A stretch of DNA of 64,000 nt from Phaeosaccion multiseriatum (taxonomy: Eukaryota; Protista; Ochrophyta, other classes), in NCBI GenBank assembly GCA_965112735.1, contig OZ218953.1, positions 1,860,001 to 1,924,000 of the forward strand, written 5' to 3'. The notes under the pieces were generated by a model. It had not been told where the DNA came from. It saw nothing but the letters and a program-made list of their open reading frames with translations, and made no database searches. The position numbers were made by a program, and so were the translations under genes. Of the stretch, positions 62,095 through 64,000 are shown piece by piece. Position 1 is the stretch's first letter. Every line of letters starts with the position of its first letter.

Positions 62095-64000
62095 CTACCA
62101 TAAGCGGTGGCATCGAGGTCATCCTGCTCTGCAAACCCCGACCCCCACGGACCTCTGCCCCTGCTGTTCGGAAGAGAAGGGCATACACAGACACAGTAGA
62201 TTGCACAAGACCGTAAAGGGTACGACAACACAAAGCAAGACGAAAGAAACATTCAATCATGGGTGTGTGCCTCCCCCTCTCCTCCTCCTCCTCCTCCTCC
62301 TCCTCCTCCTCCTCCTCTTGTTCTCACCGCTTGTGTGTCTTGTCCGAGGGAATGACGAGGTAGGCGTACTCCTGAAGCTGCACAAGGAGGCCCCGCTGGA
62401 GCAGCCATACGAGCATGTGGATCAGGGCAAGGTGGTTGCTCTGTTGGCGGGTGTAAGGGGGGGGGGGGGGGGGTAAGCGCACAAGTAGAGAGAGAGAGAA
62501 GACAGAGAGAGAGCGGGGCGAGAGAAGAGAGAGCGGGGTGGAGAGAGAAGAGAAAGAGAGAGAGACGGTGAGATAAGAAGGGCAGGGAGGAGGCGGGTGT
62601 GGTGGTGCGAGGAGAGAGTAGACAGACGTAACCCCTGACATCTGACATGCCCCTCTCCCGACTCGCTTGAGACACTGTAGTGCAGCCTTCCTTCCAGCGT
62701 AGCGCAGTGCCCTCCATCCTCCCTCCTACTTGTGCGCTGCTGCTCCCCTCCCCTCCCCTTACCCCCTCCCCTCTATTTTCCCTCCTCTTCCCTTCCCTCC
62801 CCTTCCCTCCCCTCCCCTCTATTTTCCCTCCTCTTCCCTTCCCTCCCCTCCCCTCACCCCCTCCTCTCCCCTCCCCTCCCCTCCCCTCACCCCCTCCCCT
62901 CCCCTCCTCTTCCCTTCCCTCCCCCTCCCCCCCACGCACCTTTCTCATACCGTCCATGATATCTCTCAAGGGCTGCCCTGACCCAAACAAGGACAAGATG
63001 TCTTGCAAGCCGTAACCCCATCTCGGAAACTTGCTCCCAAAGTCCATGGACAGGGTACTTCCTAGCGAAAGGTCCACCGTGGGCGCGGGCGTGACGGCAT
63101 ACACGTTGCTCGTGGCGATGGTGTCGATGGCTCGGCCGTGACCCCAATAAATGATATGTTGGGCCAAACGAAACACCTTTGAGGTAGCGGGGTAGTGGGG
63201 TTCACAGGTGGGGTAGAGGCACGGAGGTTTCCGAGGAGGAAAACCGTGAAGTCAAGGCAAGACCAGTCAAGTCAAGTCAAGTCAAAGAGAAGAAGCGTTA
63301 AAGCATGACAGGAGAGGGCGGAATGAGATTTGATCAATCAAGGAGGGAGAGGAGATGATATCAACCAATCAATGGAAGGAGAGGAGACCGCCTGAGCCCC
63401 GGCCCTCGTGGAACCAACCTTATGCAGCGGGACCTCCATCTCTACGGCAAGCTCTTGCAGAGAGCTGAGAGGAGTGGCCGCTCGGATGAGCTTCTTAATG
63501 TAGGGAGAACTGTCTAAGGGCAGCCGCGACAGCACCTACCATGCAATCATTCACGACAACCACAGGTCATATTCACAGCCACAGCCAAAGCCGTTTGTCA
63601 TACAGGCACATTGGGGGTGCGAGAATACCTTAGTTAGACGCGCCTTGCAGGGAAAAGCAGCACCCGGAGGAGGAGGAGGAGTAGTAGTAGTAGTAGTAGG
63701 AGGAGGAGGAGGAGCAGGAGGAGGAGGAGGAGGAGCAGGAGAAGGAGGGGGAAGGGGAGGAGGAGGAGGAGGAGGGGTCGACAAACTGAAACTGACCTCC
63801 TCTTCGTCTTCGAGCAGCAGCAGGGTTTGGTACGGCTGTAGGCAGACAGCAAGTGGACTGCCCTGCCCAGCCCCTCCCACCCTCCCGTTGGCGGCCCCGT
63901 CAGAAAAGCGCTCTCTCCCTTGTATGCGAAAAGAGAAGCTCAACCATCTGTGAGTAGAGAGAGAGAGAGGGAGCGAGCAAGCGAGCGAGCAAGCAACCAC
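61663..64000 (-). CDS. NPRL3: GATOR1 subunit NPRL3/Npr3-like, 3' part only (5' end beyond window)
   Basis: Motifs LQPYQTLLLL, P.SSLQELA, VFRLAQHIIYWGHGRAID...SNVYAV, MLVWLLQRGLLVQLQEY and LFKRLAPYF..G..HVRRIIWEE. There is an apparent 1-nt frameshift at the G11 run 62012-62022. Confidence 0.85.

Overview
Gene-dense, intron-rich eukaryotic nuclear DNA. It is most likely from a photosynthetic stramenopile (ochrophyte) with a flagellated stage; this is an inference from an ASAFAP-type plastid presequence and a DZIP1/Iguana gene. Manual splicing at GT-AG sites gave 14 protein-coding genes: a small FAM241/SelK-like membrane protein (-), a PLAC8-family protein (+), a single-TM hypothetical protein (-), a 22-exon ABCC/MRP transporter (+), a PPP Ser/Thr phosphatase (+), pyruvate dehydrogenase kinase (-), an RNASEK/V-ATPase subunit f-like protein (+), DZIP1-like (-), NudC (+), PABP (-), a 78-aa plastid-targeted microprotein (+), RRP5 (-), a vWA-domain/TEY-MAP kinase fusion (+), and a 5'-truncated NPRL3 (-). 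Twelve of the 14 form six head-to-head pairs. Introns are full of microsatellites with a 5'/3' complementary polarity. The most notable items are the vWA-MAPK fusion, a candidate UGA-Sec C-terminus, a 10-nt NudC microexon, a 50-bp minisatellite that multiplies a splice donor in RRP5, and a duplicated stop-containing exon start in the kinase gene. I recognised no rRNA, tRNA, CRISPR or intact mobile element. Family assignments rest on motif recognition by eye, not database searches. Most short ORFs in the supplied track are microsatellite artefacts.
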